Shown piece by piece: positions 1-17,334 of a DNA stretch of 64,000 bases. The stretch is from the human T2T-CHM13v2.0 reference genome, Homo sapiens. The DNA lies in assembly GCF_009914755.1 (NCBI RefSeq), contig NC_060932.1; one strand, given 5' to 3'. Both the position numbers and the translations under genes were made by a program. The first letter of the stretch is position 1. The number at the start of each line of letters is the position of its first letter. The notes under the pieces were generated by a model. It searched no databases, was not told the origin of the DNA, and worked only from the letters and a program-made list of their open reading frames with translations.

Positions 1-742
1 GCGCTTTTCCAACAGTCTTAGTAAACGGCACACCAGGAGATTATATCCCACACATGGCTCAGAGAGGCCTACGCCCACAGACCCTCACTCATTGCTAGCA
101 CAAGAGTCTGAGATCAAACTGCAAGGCGGCAGTGAGGCTGGGGGATGGGGCGCCCGCCATTGCTGAGGCTTGAGTACGTAAACAAAGCAGCTGGGAAGCT
201 CTAACAGGGTGGAGCCCACCGCAGCTCAAGGAGGCCTGCCTGCCTCTGTAGACACCACTTCTGGGGGCAGGGGATAGCCAAACAAAAGGCAGCAGAAACC
301 TCTGCAGACTTAAATGTCCCTGTCTGACAGCTTTGAAGAGAGTAGTGGTTCTCCCAGCATGCAGCTGGAGGTCTGAGAATGGACAGACTGCCTCTTCAAG
401 TGGGTCCCTGACCACCAAGTAGCCTAACTGGGAGGCACCCCCCAGTAGGGGCAGACTGACACCTCACACGGCCGGGTACTACTCTGAGACAAAACTTCCA
501 GAGGAACGATCAGGCAGCAACATTTGCTGTTCACCAATATCCACTATCCACTGTTCTGCAGCCTCCGCTGCTGATACCAAGGCAAACAGGATCTGGAGTG
601 GACCTCCAGCAAACTCCAACAGACCTGCAGCTGAGGGTCCTCACTGTTAGAAGGAAAACTAACAAACAGAAAGGACATCCACACCAAAACTCCATCTGTA
701 CGTCACCATCATCAAAGACCAAAGGTAGATAGAACCACAAAG

Positions 743-1755
743 ATGGGGAAATAAAAGAGCAGAAAAACTGGAAACTCTAAAAATCAGAGTGCCTCTCCTC
801 CTCCAAAGGAATGCAGCTCCTCACCAGCAATGGAACAAAGCTGGACGGAGAATGACTTTGATGAGTTGAGAGAAGAAGGCTTCAGATGATCAAACTACTC
901 CGAGCTACAGGAGGAAGTTTGGACCCATAGCAAAGAAGTTAAAAACCTTGAAAAAAAATTAGACGAATGGCTAACTAGAATAACCAATGCAGAGTAGTCC
1001 TTAAAGGACCTGATGGAGCTGAAAACCAGGGCATGAGAACTACGTGACGAATGCACAAGCCTCAGTAGCCGATTTGATCAACTGGAAGAAAGGGTATCAG
1101 TGATGGAAGATCAAATGAATGAAATGAAGTGAGAAGAGAAAGTTTAGAGAAAAAAGAACAAAAAGAAACAAAGCCTCCAAGAAATATGGGACTATGTGAA
1201 AAGACCAAATCTATGTCTGATTGGTGTACCTGAAAGTGACAGGGAGAATGGAACCAAGTTGGAAAACACTCTGCAGGATATTATCCAGGAGAACTTCCCC
1301 AATCTAGCAAGGCAGGCCAACATTCAAATTCAGGAAATACAGAGAATGCCACAAAGATACTCCTCGAGAAGAGCAACTCCAAGACACATAATTGTCAGAT
1401 TCACCAAAGTTGAAATGAAGGAAAAAATGTTAAGGGCAGCCAGAGAGAAAGTTTGGGTTACCAACAAAGGGAAGCCCATCAGACTAACAGCTGATCTCTC
1501 AGCAGAAACTCTACAAGCCCGAAGAGAGTGGGGCCAATATTTAACATTCTTAAAGAAAAGAATTTTCAACCCAGAATTTCATATTCAGCCAAACTAAGCT
1601 TCATAAGAGAAGGAGAAATAAAATACTTTACAGACAAGCAAATGCTGAGAGATTTTGTCACCACCAGGCCTGCCCTACAAGAGCTCCTGAAGGAAGCACT
1701 AAACATGGAAACGAACAACTGGTAACAGCCACTGCAAAAACATGCCAAATTGTAA
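743..1755 (+). pseudogene. L1 ORF1p (RNA-binding chaperone), disrupted
   Basis: ATG GGG AAA followed by premature TAA at 752-754. Downstream fragments translate to ORF1p (KRPNLCLIGVPE, RRATPRHIIVRF, FVTTRPALQELLKEAL). Normal stop TAA at 1753-1755. Confidence 0.93.
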
Positions 1756-1818
1756 AGACCATCGAGGCTAGGAAGAAAATGCATCAACTAATGAGCAAAA
1801 TAACCAGCTAACATCATA

Positions 1819-5638
<3,820 letters not shown>

Positions 5639-7199
5639 ACAATGAGAACACATGGACACAGGAAGGGGAACATCACACACCGGGGCCTGTTGTGGGTGGG
5701 GGGAGTGGGGAGGGACAGCATTAGTATATATACCTAATGTTAAATGTCGAGTTAATGGGTGCAGCACACCAACATGGCACGTGTATACATATGTAACAAA
5801 GCTGCATGTTGTGCACATGTACCCTAAAACTTAAAGTATAATAAAAAAAATAAATAAATAAACAGAATTCATGAGACATCTTGTTTCTAATGAAATTTTG
5901 AATTTCTTTTGAATTTCATTTTATTTTTGAAACAGACCTCCTTCTTGTTATTTTTTCTCTTTTTGTCTTTCTATTCATTGATATCTCTTGATTCTCTTTT
6001 CCTTACCAATTTCATATCTATAGAAATTGCTCTGAAGTTTTAGAACCACTCTGTAGAATAATTTAAAACTCCACTATTTCCTGTAATAAAATATTAACAC
6101 CACACAAAAAGGGAGATTTGTAGATGAACACAATCTGGACATGAGTATTGAGAGATATAAAAAATTTTCCTTATTAACATATACTTCCTAAATTAGCTCT
6201 CTTGAGAAAAGATGCATTGAAAATGGAAATCACTACATTCTGTTTAAAAGAATTCCATTTCACTTCTAAATAAAAGCAACATTTACCTTTACTATTGAGG
6301 ACAGACAAAGACCTATACAATGATTCATTTCATGACCTTCAAAAAGAAAAAGTCAAGTGTGCCACCTTGTAATAAAATGGGAGAGCAACGAGACAGGTCT
6401 TATTACTAGCTTGAAGGTCAGCAACCACAATAAAATAAACATTATTATTCGTGATTTAAACTTTTTACAGGAACCAAATCGACATTGAAAGAGCATAGAA
6501 CACAAATTGTATATTAAAGTGAAAAGAAATGCATGTCTCATTTTAAAACTAGAATTTTGCTGCATATGGGAGCATCTGTCAAGTGGGGGCTACGTGGGAT
6601 CCACAGTGTTGGAAATTCCCTCCTTTAGTGATTATGTTTTAGTCAGGGTTAAACAACAGAGAAGCCAATTAAGGATATCTCGTACTTCTCTGAATTGTTA
6701 GGTAAGGTTTCCCAAACCAATATATATGGAGAATTAATGTATTTAAACAGATTTTTTAAATACCCCATTTTAATTTAAATTCAGACCTTCTAGTATAGTA
6801 ATCTTTCCCAGAAGTAACACTGGGAATCTGTTTTTGGGAGGTTTGTCATTTCAACTCCCAACTGCTATATATTTTAAAAAATTGTATGAAACAATACTTT
6901 GGTACTATTATTGCCAAATCAGCTTGAGCTCTATCTGTTTACCCACATCTGACCTGGATTCTACTTGCACAGGAGAGTCTAGACTCCCTTGGGTAAATGA
7001 GGATTACTTGAGGACTGATAGTTCCTCAGATGCGGAATTAATACTCTTTTTGAACATGGAGAAATCTGAAGTTTCTTCCACCTGGGGCATAGGTGTATTC
7101 CAGAGGAACAGGAGCTTTGCTGGATGCGGAAGAGAGTCAAAAGCTAAGTGTCCTTTAACAGCGTTCAGAATTATTGTCAGTGAAGAAGGGTGGGGCAAT

Positions 7200-7712
7200 G
7201 TGTGTCAGTCAAGGTCCAATGAGGAACAGGTGGCCCCAAAAAGCAATTTAGTGTGCTTTTATTAAATTTTCCAACAGAGGAAATAGAGGAAGGTGAGGGG
7301 ACTCAGACATTACAAACTACAGGAAGCCACTGCTTTCTCTGTCTGGAGAGCCAAAAGGGAAGGAAAGTGGATTCACTTGAGCCCTGAAGCTGGGGCCACC
7401 CACCAGAGCGGAGACCACCAGGCAGCCACCAAGAAGGAGTTGGGTCCTAGAGGGTAGGTCTGCCTGGTGGGAGCTGGAACCACAGAGAAGAATTGAGCTC
7501 TCACAAAGATGCTGACTGAAGCAAAGAGAGGGGAAAATTATCCTGGATTCTCCTACCTGTCCACACTTGTCTTTTGCCAGAGCCTCCTACTGCCCAGTCT
7601 CACAGAAAAGAAGCTCCTAAGAGAGCCTGGGTAATGTAAAATGCAGTGGTCAGAACAGGAGAGGGCCACGAAAGGGACCTTAACTGAAGGAAAACAGACA
7701 TATGACCAACTC
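7200..7712. mobile_element. probable ancient LTR relic (family uncertain)
   Basis: Starts TGTGTCAGTCAAGGTCCAAT and has a purine-rich body resembling old mammalian LTRs. Recalled similarity only. Confidence 0.35.
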
Positions 7713-8269
7713 ATCCTAGCTGAGAGGGCTCTCACCCAAACTGTTCCCAGGCCAGACTTTAGATACTGTCTAAAGTTTATCCATGAGGAAGACTTAAAAC
7801 TGAAAGACCAAGAGTAACTTCTGCATTATTAGAAGGTATGAGCCACAAGACTCAGGTTGTTTAAAGGAGTGGTGATCAATAAAGGGAAATAATTTTTCCA
7901 CTTGGGGCAAAAAGAAATATGGTTCTTTAAGGAGAAGTTTTGAAGTCAGTGGCCTAGCAGGAGCAGCAGGAGAGAACCGTCTTGGGAACAAGTGGTGATG
8001 AGGAGTGAAAGATGAAGGTGGAAGAGAGGTCAGAGGCTCCTGTTAGGGAAAGGTTCAGCCTTAGCCGAAGGGGTGGTCTCAAGGCTGACACAGAAAAAGC
8101 AGCCGTGTACAGACCCTGAAATCTGCAGGCAAGGAAGTTTGACAGGATTTCTTGGACCTGTTGACATAAAATGGCAGAGATAGAACCAGCCTTTAGAAAG
8201 TAGAGGACAGTCACTGAAACCTAGAAATAAAGGCTCTATTATTAGGACACACATTATATATATATATGG

Positions 8270-8495
8270 TGATAATAAAGATAGTTGGTAGTGTCTATGG
8301 CCTTGGGCATGGTGTTAAATGAGTAAAGCATCTCACTTAATTCTCACAAAAATCTTGTAGAGTAGGCTCTCTTCTTATCACTTTATAGACCAAGAGAGTA
8401 AGGACTGAAGTCAGGGCTGGTAAGAGGTAGAATAGAATCTGACCTTGTGCCATCTGACTTCAGAGGCTTCTTGTTCAACCATCATGCTGTGCTCT
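8270..8495 (-). mobile_element. MIR SINE
   Basis: Degenerate reverse-complement MIR core (TCTCACTTAATTCTCACAA...TCTGACTTCAGAG...AACCA). Confidence 0.65.
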
Positions 8496-9299
8496 CCCAT
8501 TACATAATCTTTGTGGTATGATGATATAATTTCATCATTCTTAAGACTAGCCATACTTTCTGTTCTTCTTTATAGGGATAAATTTATAAGATTTTCTAGG
8601 TCATGCCCATTACAGAAAGCAAGTTAAGTTTCTCAAGAAGCATGTATTCCTCCCAAAGGACAAAACAAACGTGTATCCACTGACACCCCCAGAAAGGGTA
8701 TTTTGGCCCCCATTCAAGCTGGCCAGGTGCCATCCATCTGGCTGTGCATCCTGTTTAACTTAATTCAGTAATTTGACTCATTGAAGCCGTGTGCATCACA
8801 GCTTACTACTTGGGAGCCCTCTTAAAACAGAAATAAAAACTCTCTGCAGATGTGACCAAGCTGATGAAAAGCAAGGAAGTTTCTAGTTAGAAAGTACCAT
8901 CATTCCATTCTCATACCATCTGAATTGATAATGCCAGGAAGGAAAACTTTCATGTTACTTAATAGGATGAGCACTTCTTCCTGAGGAATCCAGTCTTCTG
9001 TAAAATGACAGAGATCCTGGAGGTAAGCCTGCATGGCCCAAACTTCATCTCTTGCTTATCTTAAGGTAGCTGCAATTTAGAATTTCTGTTTCTGAAGCAA
9101 GGAAAAATAAAACAGCAGCCAAATTTCAGCCGGTTATAGGATGTTCTGGAACTGCTCTTTTATTTGGGGAAAAACACAGAAAGAGTTTTACTGTGCTTTA
9201 TACCAAAGGCATGTATGATAAATTACATGCCACTTTAGTTCCTTGTAAGTGAAGTGGAACCAAAGCACTCATTTTTCTTAACCTTGATCTTTCCAGCTA

Positions 9300-9801
9300 A
9301 CCATAAGGATTTATTAGCCAAGATACAAAAATATAAATCACAAAAGAAAAAAACTGGTAAATTGGGATCCACAACATCTTTTGCTTGTAAAAAGACATTT
9401 TTAGGAAAATAAAAAGCAAGCCACACATCAAAAGAAATATTTGATAACTACCCACCAAATAAAGGTCTAGTACAAAGAATATGTAAAGAACTCTCACAAC
9501 CTCATTTAAAAAAATAGGCAAATGATTTGAATAGACTCTTCACCTAAAGAGATATATAGATGACTGTCAAACAAACAAACATATAGTGTTTCAAATTAGT
9601 AGTCACTGAGAAAATGCAAATTATAATCACAACAAGAGATCATTAGAATGACAAATATTAAAAATCTGATGATCCTAAGTGCTTGCAATAACATGGAGCA
9701 AGTGAAACATTCATATGTTGCTCATAGGAATGCAGGATTTTGCTGCCACTTTGGAAAACAATCTGGAAGTTTCTTTTAAAGTAATATGTACATTTACCAT
9801 A
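9300..9801 (+). mobile_element. old L1 (L1M) ORF2 3' fragment, interrupted by THE1B
   Basis: L1M-type text AAAGGTCTAGTACAAAGAATATGTAAAGAACTC...GGCAAATGATTTGAATAGAC...CCACTTTGGAAAACAATCTGG. Confidence 0.8.
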
Positions 9802-11998
9802 TGATATGGTTTGTGTGTGTCTCCACTCAAACCTCATCTTGAATTGTAGCTCCCACAATTCCTACATGTTGTGGGAGGAACCCAGTGGGAAGTAATTGAA
9901 TCATGGGGTTGGGTCTTTCCCATGCTATTCTTGTGATAGTGACTAAGTCTCTTGAGATCTGATGGTTTTATAAAGCGGAGTTTTCCTGCGCAAATCTCAG
10001 GTATTGCCCAGACTTTCCACTGCCCAGTATCGGGTATGTCTTTATCAGCAGCATGAAAACAGACTAACACAGTAAATTGGTACCAGTAGAGTAGGGCGCT
10101 GCTGAAAATATACCTGAGAATGTGGAAGTGACTTTGGAACTGGGTAACAGGCAGAGGTTGGAACACTTTAGAGGGCTTAGAAAAAGACAGGAAAATGTGG
10201 GAAAGTTTGGAACTCCCTAGAGACCTGTTGAATGTCTTTGACCAAAATACTGATAATGATATGGAAAATGAAAGCCAGGCTGAGGTGGTCTCAGATGGAG
10301 ATGAGGAACTTATTGGTAACTAGAGCAAAAGTGACTCTTGTTATGTTTTAGCAAAGAGACTGGTGGCATTTTGCCTTTGCCCTAGAGATTTGTGGAACTT
10401 TGAACTTGAGAGAGATGATTTAGGGTATCTAGTGGAGGAAATTTTTAAGCAGCAGAGCATTCAAGAGGTGACTTGGGTGCTGTTAAAGGCATTCAGTTTT
10501 AAAAGGGAAACAGAACATAAAAGTTTAGAAAATTTACAGCCTGACAATGTGATAGAAAGGAAAATCCCATTTTCTGAGGAGAAATTCAAGCTGGCTGCAA
10601 AAATTTGCATGAGTAACAAGGAGCCAACGTTAATCCCCAAGACAATGGGGAAAATGTCTCCAGAGCATGTCAGAGACCTTTTGGCAGCCCATCCCATCAC
10701 AGGTCTGGAGGCCTAGAAGGAAAAAATGGTTTTGTGGGCTGGGCCCAAGTCCCTCTGCTGTGTGCAGTCTAGTGACTTGGTGCCCTGCATCCCAGCACCT
10801 CCAGCCTTGACTAAAAGGGTTCAAGGTACAGCTTGGGCCATGGCTTCAGAAGGTGCAAGCCCAAGCCTTGGCAGCTTCCACGTGGTGTTGAACCTATGGG
10901 TGCACAGAAGTTATGAATTGAGGTTTGGGAATCTCCACCTAGGTTTCAAAAGCTGTATGGAAATGCCTGGATGCCTAGGCAGAAGTTTGCTGAAGGGGTG
11001 GGGTGCTCATGGAGAACCTCTACTAGGACAGTGTGGAAGGGAAATGTGGGGTAGGCACTACCACACAGAGCCCCCACTGGCATGCTGCCTAGTACACCTG
11101 TGAGAAGAAGGACACCATCCTCCAGACCCCAGAATGTTAGATCCACTGACAGCTTGCACCATGAGCCTGGAAAAGCTGCAGACACTCAATGTCAGCCCAT
11201 GAAAGCACCCAGCAGGGAGGCTGTACCCTGCTAAGTCACAGGGGCAGAGCTTCCCAAGACCATGTGAACACACCTCTTGCATCAGCATGAACCAGATGTG
11301 AGGCATGGAGTCAAAGGAGATCATTTTAGAGCTTTAAGATTTGACTGCCCTGCGGATTTTGGACTTGCATAGGGCCTGTAGTCCCTTTGTTTTGGCCAAT
11401 TTCTCCCATTTGGAATTGTTTTGTCTATCCAATGCCTGCATACCCATTTTATCTAGTAATTAACTAACTTGCTTTTGATTTTACTGCTTCATAGGTAGAA
11501 GAAACTTGCCTTGTCTCAGATAAGACTTTGGACTGTGGACTTTTGAGTTAATGCTGAAATAAATTAAGACTTTGGGGGACTGTTGGGAAGGCATGATTGG
11601 TTTTGAAATGTGATGGCATGAGATTTGGGAGAAGCCAGGGTGGAATGATATGGTTTGGCTGTGTCTCCACCGAAATCTCATCTTGAATTGTAGCTCCCAC
11701 AATTCCATCGTGTTGTGGGAGGGACCCAGTGGGAGGTAATTGAATCATAGGGGTGGGTCTTTCCTGTGCTATTCTTGTGATACTGAATAAATCTCACAAG
11801 ATCTGATGGTTTTATAAAGGGGAGTTTCCCTGCACAAGTTCTCCTCGTCTGCTGCCATGTGAGTTGTGCCTTTCACCTTCCGCCATGATTGTGAGGCCTC
11901 CCCAGCCATGTGGAACTGTGAGTCCATTAAGTCTTTCTTTTGTAAATTGCCCAGTCTTGGGTATGTCTTTATCAGCAGCGTGAAAACAGACTAATACA
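9802..11998 (+). mobile_element. complete THE1B-type MaLR element (5' LTR 9802-10071, internal 10072-11645, 3' LTR 11646-11998)
   Basis: Two LTRs of form TGATATGGTTTG...ACTAA(C/T)ACA. Internal region starts GTAAATTGGTACC. Perfect 5-bp TSD CCATA at 9797-9801 and 11999-12003. Confidence 0.95.
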
Positions 11999-12399
11999 CC
12001 ATACGAGTGGCATATTCAGAGTACAATGGGGCTTTTGATCAATGTAACTTAGGGTAGGGGGTGGTATAGCAGAGGAGTGGGAAGTGTTAATGCTTCACCA
12101 CCATGGAAAAACTAAAAGCTTGTCACTTATCAACAGAGAATCTGTGCCTGCCATTCTTTTTCTATCCTTATGTGACACTATTGACCAAGAATGACAGGGA
12201 AGTACAGTTTTTATTTTAAAGTATTCAACTAATTCATTAGGTCACCTCCTTGCTATGGCAGCCCTATATTATAATTTGTATTGGAGTTTGACATATTTAA
12301 TAAGTCCTTATTGAGCACTCTTAGTGTGCAGATCACTGTAATGAGTACTACAGGGAAGGAAATAAAAGACAACTTTAGATTTCTCTGGAATTATACTAC

Positions 12400-12615
12400 A
12401 TTGCATGCTGACTCTGCACTATGAAATAGTGCTGAGGGCTGTTTTTAGAGCATCTCATTTATTCTTGACAATAGTACCATCATCTCCATTTAATATACAA
12501 GGAAACTGAGGTTCAGCACAGATGAGTAACTTGTCCAGAGTCACAGTCAATAAGTGGCAAAGAGGAGTTTAAAAACAAGGTCTGTCCATTTTTAATTCTA
12601 AAACCTTTGCTATTA
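12400..12615 (-). mobile_element. MIR SINE
   Basis: Core CTCATTTATTCTTGACAA...GGAAACTGAGG...GTAACTTGTCCAGAGTCACAG. Confidence 0.7.
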
Positions 12616-13589
12616 GTCACAGAGTTGTTGGGACCCAGCTGGCTGCTCTTCCAGTCTTACTGCTCATGGCTTCCATAACAAGCTGTTTAGTTTTCCATTT
12701 GCTTAACTGTTTGTCTGAGTGCTAACATCTAAAACCAGGAAGAAAAGGAAACACTGAACTATCCACAAAGATATGTGAGTCCCAAAGAAGAATCATTTTT
12801 TTAACATAGAGAATAAGAAAACCATATTTAAAAGATGTAATGATAGGAAAATAAAATGTTTGCTTAGGTTGTTTCTTATACAGTCATATCTAGCTCATAA
12901 AATGTCAACATTAGAACAAAGACTGACATTAGTTTATAGTTCATGAAATAATGATACAAAATAATATAGATTGGGCTATTAGCCACTAATGAAACCTCAG
13001 GACTAGTAAGCCTTATAGTTCCTCTTATCATTCTGATCTAAATTTGAATACCTCAAAGAAAAATAAAAATTGGGAAAACTTTTAATTGTGATTCATTACA
13101 TTAATACCCAATAGAGCATCTGGCAAAAAAATTAAATGATGAAAATAAAAATAATTTTAATTTTAAAATCAAAATAATTTAAATCAGCTTAGTAAAACCT
13201 TTCTCACCTTCCACCTACCTATTTCATCAGTGAGAAAAATCTTGGTCTAGTGAAGTTGGGGCAGGGGCAATGTATAAGCCCTCTTACATCCCCAGGACAC
13301 AGCATAAGTCTGGAATAGATGGTTCAGGAAGCAGTTTCTTAAACTGCATCATAATGATGAAGTCCTACATTAAGTAAGATCCCAGGGTTAGTTAACAGCA
13401 GGCAGGGTAAGAGTTGAAACCTCTAGTCTTTTCCTTATGAAATATTGCTTCCAGTTTAATTGATTTTATTTAGATGGGTTTATACTTCAGCACAGATATT
13501 CAGGCAGCACTTGTATTTCCCTAGGGACTCTGTTTATAAACATTCAGAGTTAGTTACAGGTAAAGTTAGAATATCTTTCCCTCTTTTGT

Positions 13590-13805
13590 TTAATATTTAT
13601 TAAGGACTTACTATGTGTTATATTCTGTGCTATGTGTTTTGCATAAAATATATCATCACAATGAACTTCTTTTGCAGATGAAGAAACAAAAGTTCTGAGA
13701 GGTCTTCAGGAACTTGTACATAATTACAGAAGTAATAAGTATTGGTTGGAAATGAAACCAAGGGCTACCTCTTGTCCCCAAATCTCATGCTGTTAACTCC
13801 TTCAC
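13590..13805 (-). mobile_element. MIR SINE
   Basis: ATATTTATTAAGGACTTACTATGTG...TTTTGCAGATGAAGAAAC. Confidence 0.65.
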
Positions 13806-13894
13806 CATGAGTTTCTGGTTCTATTCCTAGACTCCAGGCATCATATACTCCTGTTAATACTTTCTGTCTTCAAGCAAGTCCATTTACATTATAA

Positions 13895-14140
13895 AAGGTT
13901 AAATTGTTCATGAATATAACTTCTAGATTCAGACCACCTGGATTCAAATTTAAACTCTACATATACTAGCTGTGAGTTATTGCCCAGTGTGCATAATCTT
14001 ACCAAGGCTTCAATTTCCTCACTTATAGGATAAGGAAGACAGTATGGCCTACCTAGTGACAATGGACGGTTGTGAGGATTAAATGAGATAAATCATGTAA
14101 AGCATTTGCCTGACTCTTATTAAGTGTTCAATAATACTAT
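13895..14140 (+). mobile_element. MIR SINE
   Basis: CAGACCACCTGGATTCAAAT...TACTAGCTGTG...GGTTGTGAGGATTAAATGAGATAA. Confidence 0.75.
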
Positions 14141-14291
14141 CATAAACTCCTTTGAAATTAGGCATAAGACTTTAGGTGTACAAAGAACCTGAACAGAGAT
14201 GTATTTGAATTCATGTCTTTATAAAACACAAAAATTATTGCAACAATCTTCAAATAGTCTTCAAGCCTTCTCCACACATTGTTGTAATCTA

Positions 14292-15297
<1,006 letters not shown>

Positions 15298-15355
15298 TCT
15301 ACATATTGTATCCATTGTATACCACTATAAACTGAAATGTACTTACTGTTGCTAA

Positions 15356-16566
15356 TGTGAACAAAAATGTATCTGAGACAAATCTCAATCAGTTTAGAGG
15401 CTTATTTTACCAAGCTTAAGGACATGCCTGTGACGCAGCCTCAGGAGGTCCTGAAGACATGTGCCCAAGGTGGTTGGGCTACAGTATAGTTTTATACATT
15501 TTAGAGAGACATAAGACATCAATCAATACATGTAAGATATACATTGGTTCTGTCTAGAAAGGCAGATGGGACAACTCGAAGCCAGAGGGGGTAAGTGGGG
15601 TGGGTGGGACAGCTTCCAGGTCATAGGTGAATACAAAGATTTCCTGATTGGTAATTGGTTGGAATCAGCAGAAGAAAATGTGTGGGTTAAGATAAGGGAT
15701 TTTGGAGACCAGGATTCTTGTTGTATGGATAAAGCCTCTGAGTAGCAGGCTTCAGAGAGAATAAATTTTAAATGTTGCTTATCAGACTTAAAAAGTTGCC
15801 AGACTCTTAGGATCAGGGAAAAGACCTAGAAAGGTAAGGGGATTCTCTACAGAATGTAGATTTTCCCCACAAAAGACAGCTTTTCAGGGCCATTTCAAAA
15901 TATCAAAGAAATATACTTTAGGGTAAAATACTTGGACTTCTTCCAGGGCCTGCTACCTATCATGTGATGCTATACTAGAGTCAGGCTGGAATTTGATGTC
16001 TCATTGCTACAAAAGGTCTGTTTCGTCAGTCTTAAGATCTCTGTTTTTTTCTTTTCTTTCTTTCTTTCTTTTTTTTTTTTTTTTTGAGACATTGTCTCAC
16101 TCTGTCGCCCAGCGTGGAGTGCAGTGGTGTGATCTTGGCTCACTGTAATCTCTGCTTCCTGGGTTCAAGTGATTCTTGTGCTTCAGCCTCCCAAGTAGCT
16201 GGGATTACAACTGTCCCACCATGCCCAGCTAATTTTTTTTTCCATATTTTTAGTAGAGACGACATTATGCTGTGTTGGCCAGGCTGGTCTCGAACTCCTG
16301 GCCTCAAGTGATCTGCCTGTCTTGGCCTTCCAAAGTGCTGGGATTACAGGCATGAGCCACTGCACCTGGCCAGATCTCTGTTTTAATGTTAATGCTGGTT
16401 AGTTGTGCCTGAATTCCAAAGGGAGGAGAATATTATGAAGCACATCCAACCCTCTTTTCTCCTCGTGGTCTGAACTAGTTTTTCAGGTTAACTTTGGAAC
16501 GCCCTTGGCTGAGAGGAAGGGTCCATTCAAATGGTTGGGGGCTTCGAATTTTCTTTTTAATTTACA
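15356..16566 (-). mobile_element. ERV1 MER4 (MER4D/E-like) solo LTR, interrupted by Alu
   Basis: MER4 text GACGCAGCCTCAGGAGGTCCTGAAGACATGTGCCCAAGG; TG...CA termini; 4-bp TSD CTAA at 15352-15355 and 16567-16570. Confidence 0.88.
16048..16371 (-). mobile_element. Alu (old AluS/AluJ)
   Basis: Reverse Alu with T/CTTT tail; TSD AGATCTCTGTTTT at 16035-16047 and 16372-16384. Confidence 0.97.
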
Positions 16567-16865
16567 CTAAACTAATCTGATCATGAGGCTTCCTTGTCTA
16601 AAAATCTTCCATTTTTCTGCAGAAGACTAAGACAAGACAGGTCCAAACTGAATCGTCTTAGTGTGACAATCAGATCTACAATTTAACCTTCACTTTATAT
16701 AATCAATGTTTGAGCCACAGTGAATCACTTGTTACTCTCGTTATAAATTATTTGCTTCGCTCATATCTGCATGTCCAAATCACACTTATTCCTAGACTTG
16801 GGTCAAATGCTGCCCCTTCCACGTCTTTCTGGATCCCCTCAGCTTTAAGTGTGTTTTCTTATAGA

Positions 16866-17050
16866 AATACTTCTCAGTCTTTAGTGTGCATTATAGTCAC
16901 CTGGAAAGCTTGTTACAACACACATTGCAGCAGTCAACCCCAGAGTTTCTGATGCAGTAGAAATAGGATGGGACCTGGGAATTTGCATTTCTAAGAATTA
17001 CCTCGTGGTGTTGATGCTGTGAGTACAAGAATTGCACTTTGAAACCACTG
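16866..17050. mobile_element. MER5A hAT-Charlie MITE within L2 relics
   Basis: TTCTCA...TCACCTGGAAAGCTTGTTA...CCCCAGAGTTTCTGAT...GAATTTGCATTTCTAA...CACTTTGAAACCACTG. Confidence 0.75.
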
Positions 17051-17334
17051 TCCTACAGCATGTTAGCTCAAGGCATTTACTACCATTTGCTTTGCATTTC
17101 AGTGGTGTATGTTCATGTCATTCATCTTACTAGAGAGCAAACCTCTTGAGAGCAAGATCTGAGGCTAATTAGCTTTTGTCTCTCTATCTTATAATATTAG
17201 TGAATGGTGGGGCTTTTAATTATGTTGCTTGGCTAAGTGAATGCTAATGGTATGGAAAGACTTCTCTAGTGGTGGGGTCTAAAGAAATTGAAACACTTTG
17301 AACCCATATATGTGGCCATTTGCAGGCTAAAAGA

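Noticed and set aside
6834-7265. 143-aa ORF
   Set aside because: Non-ATG start, no recognisable homology, and it overlaps a probable LTR relic.
10363-11324. ORFs within the THE1 internal region
   Set aside because: Fragments of the degenerate MaLR internal sequence, broken by stops.
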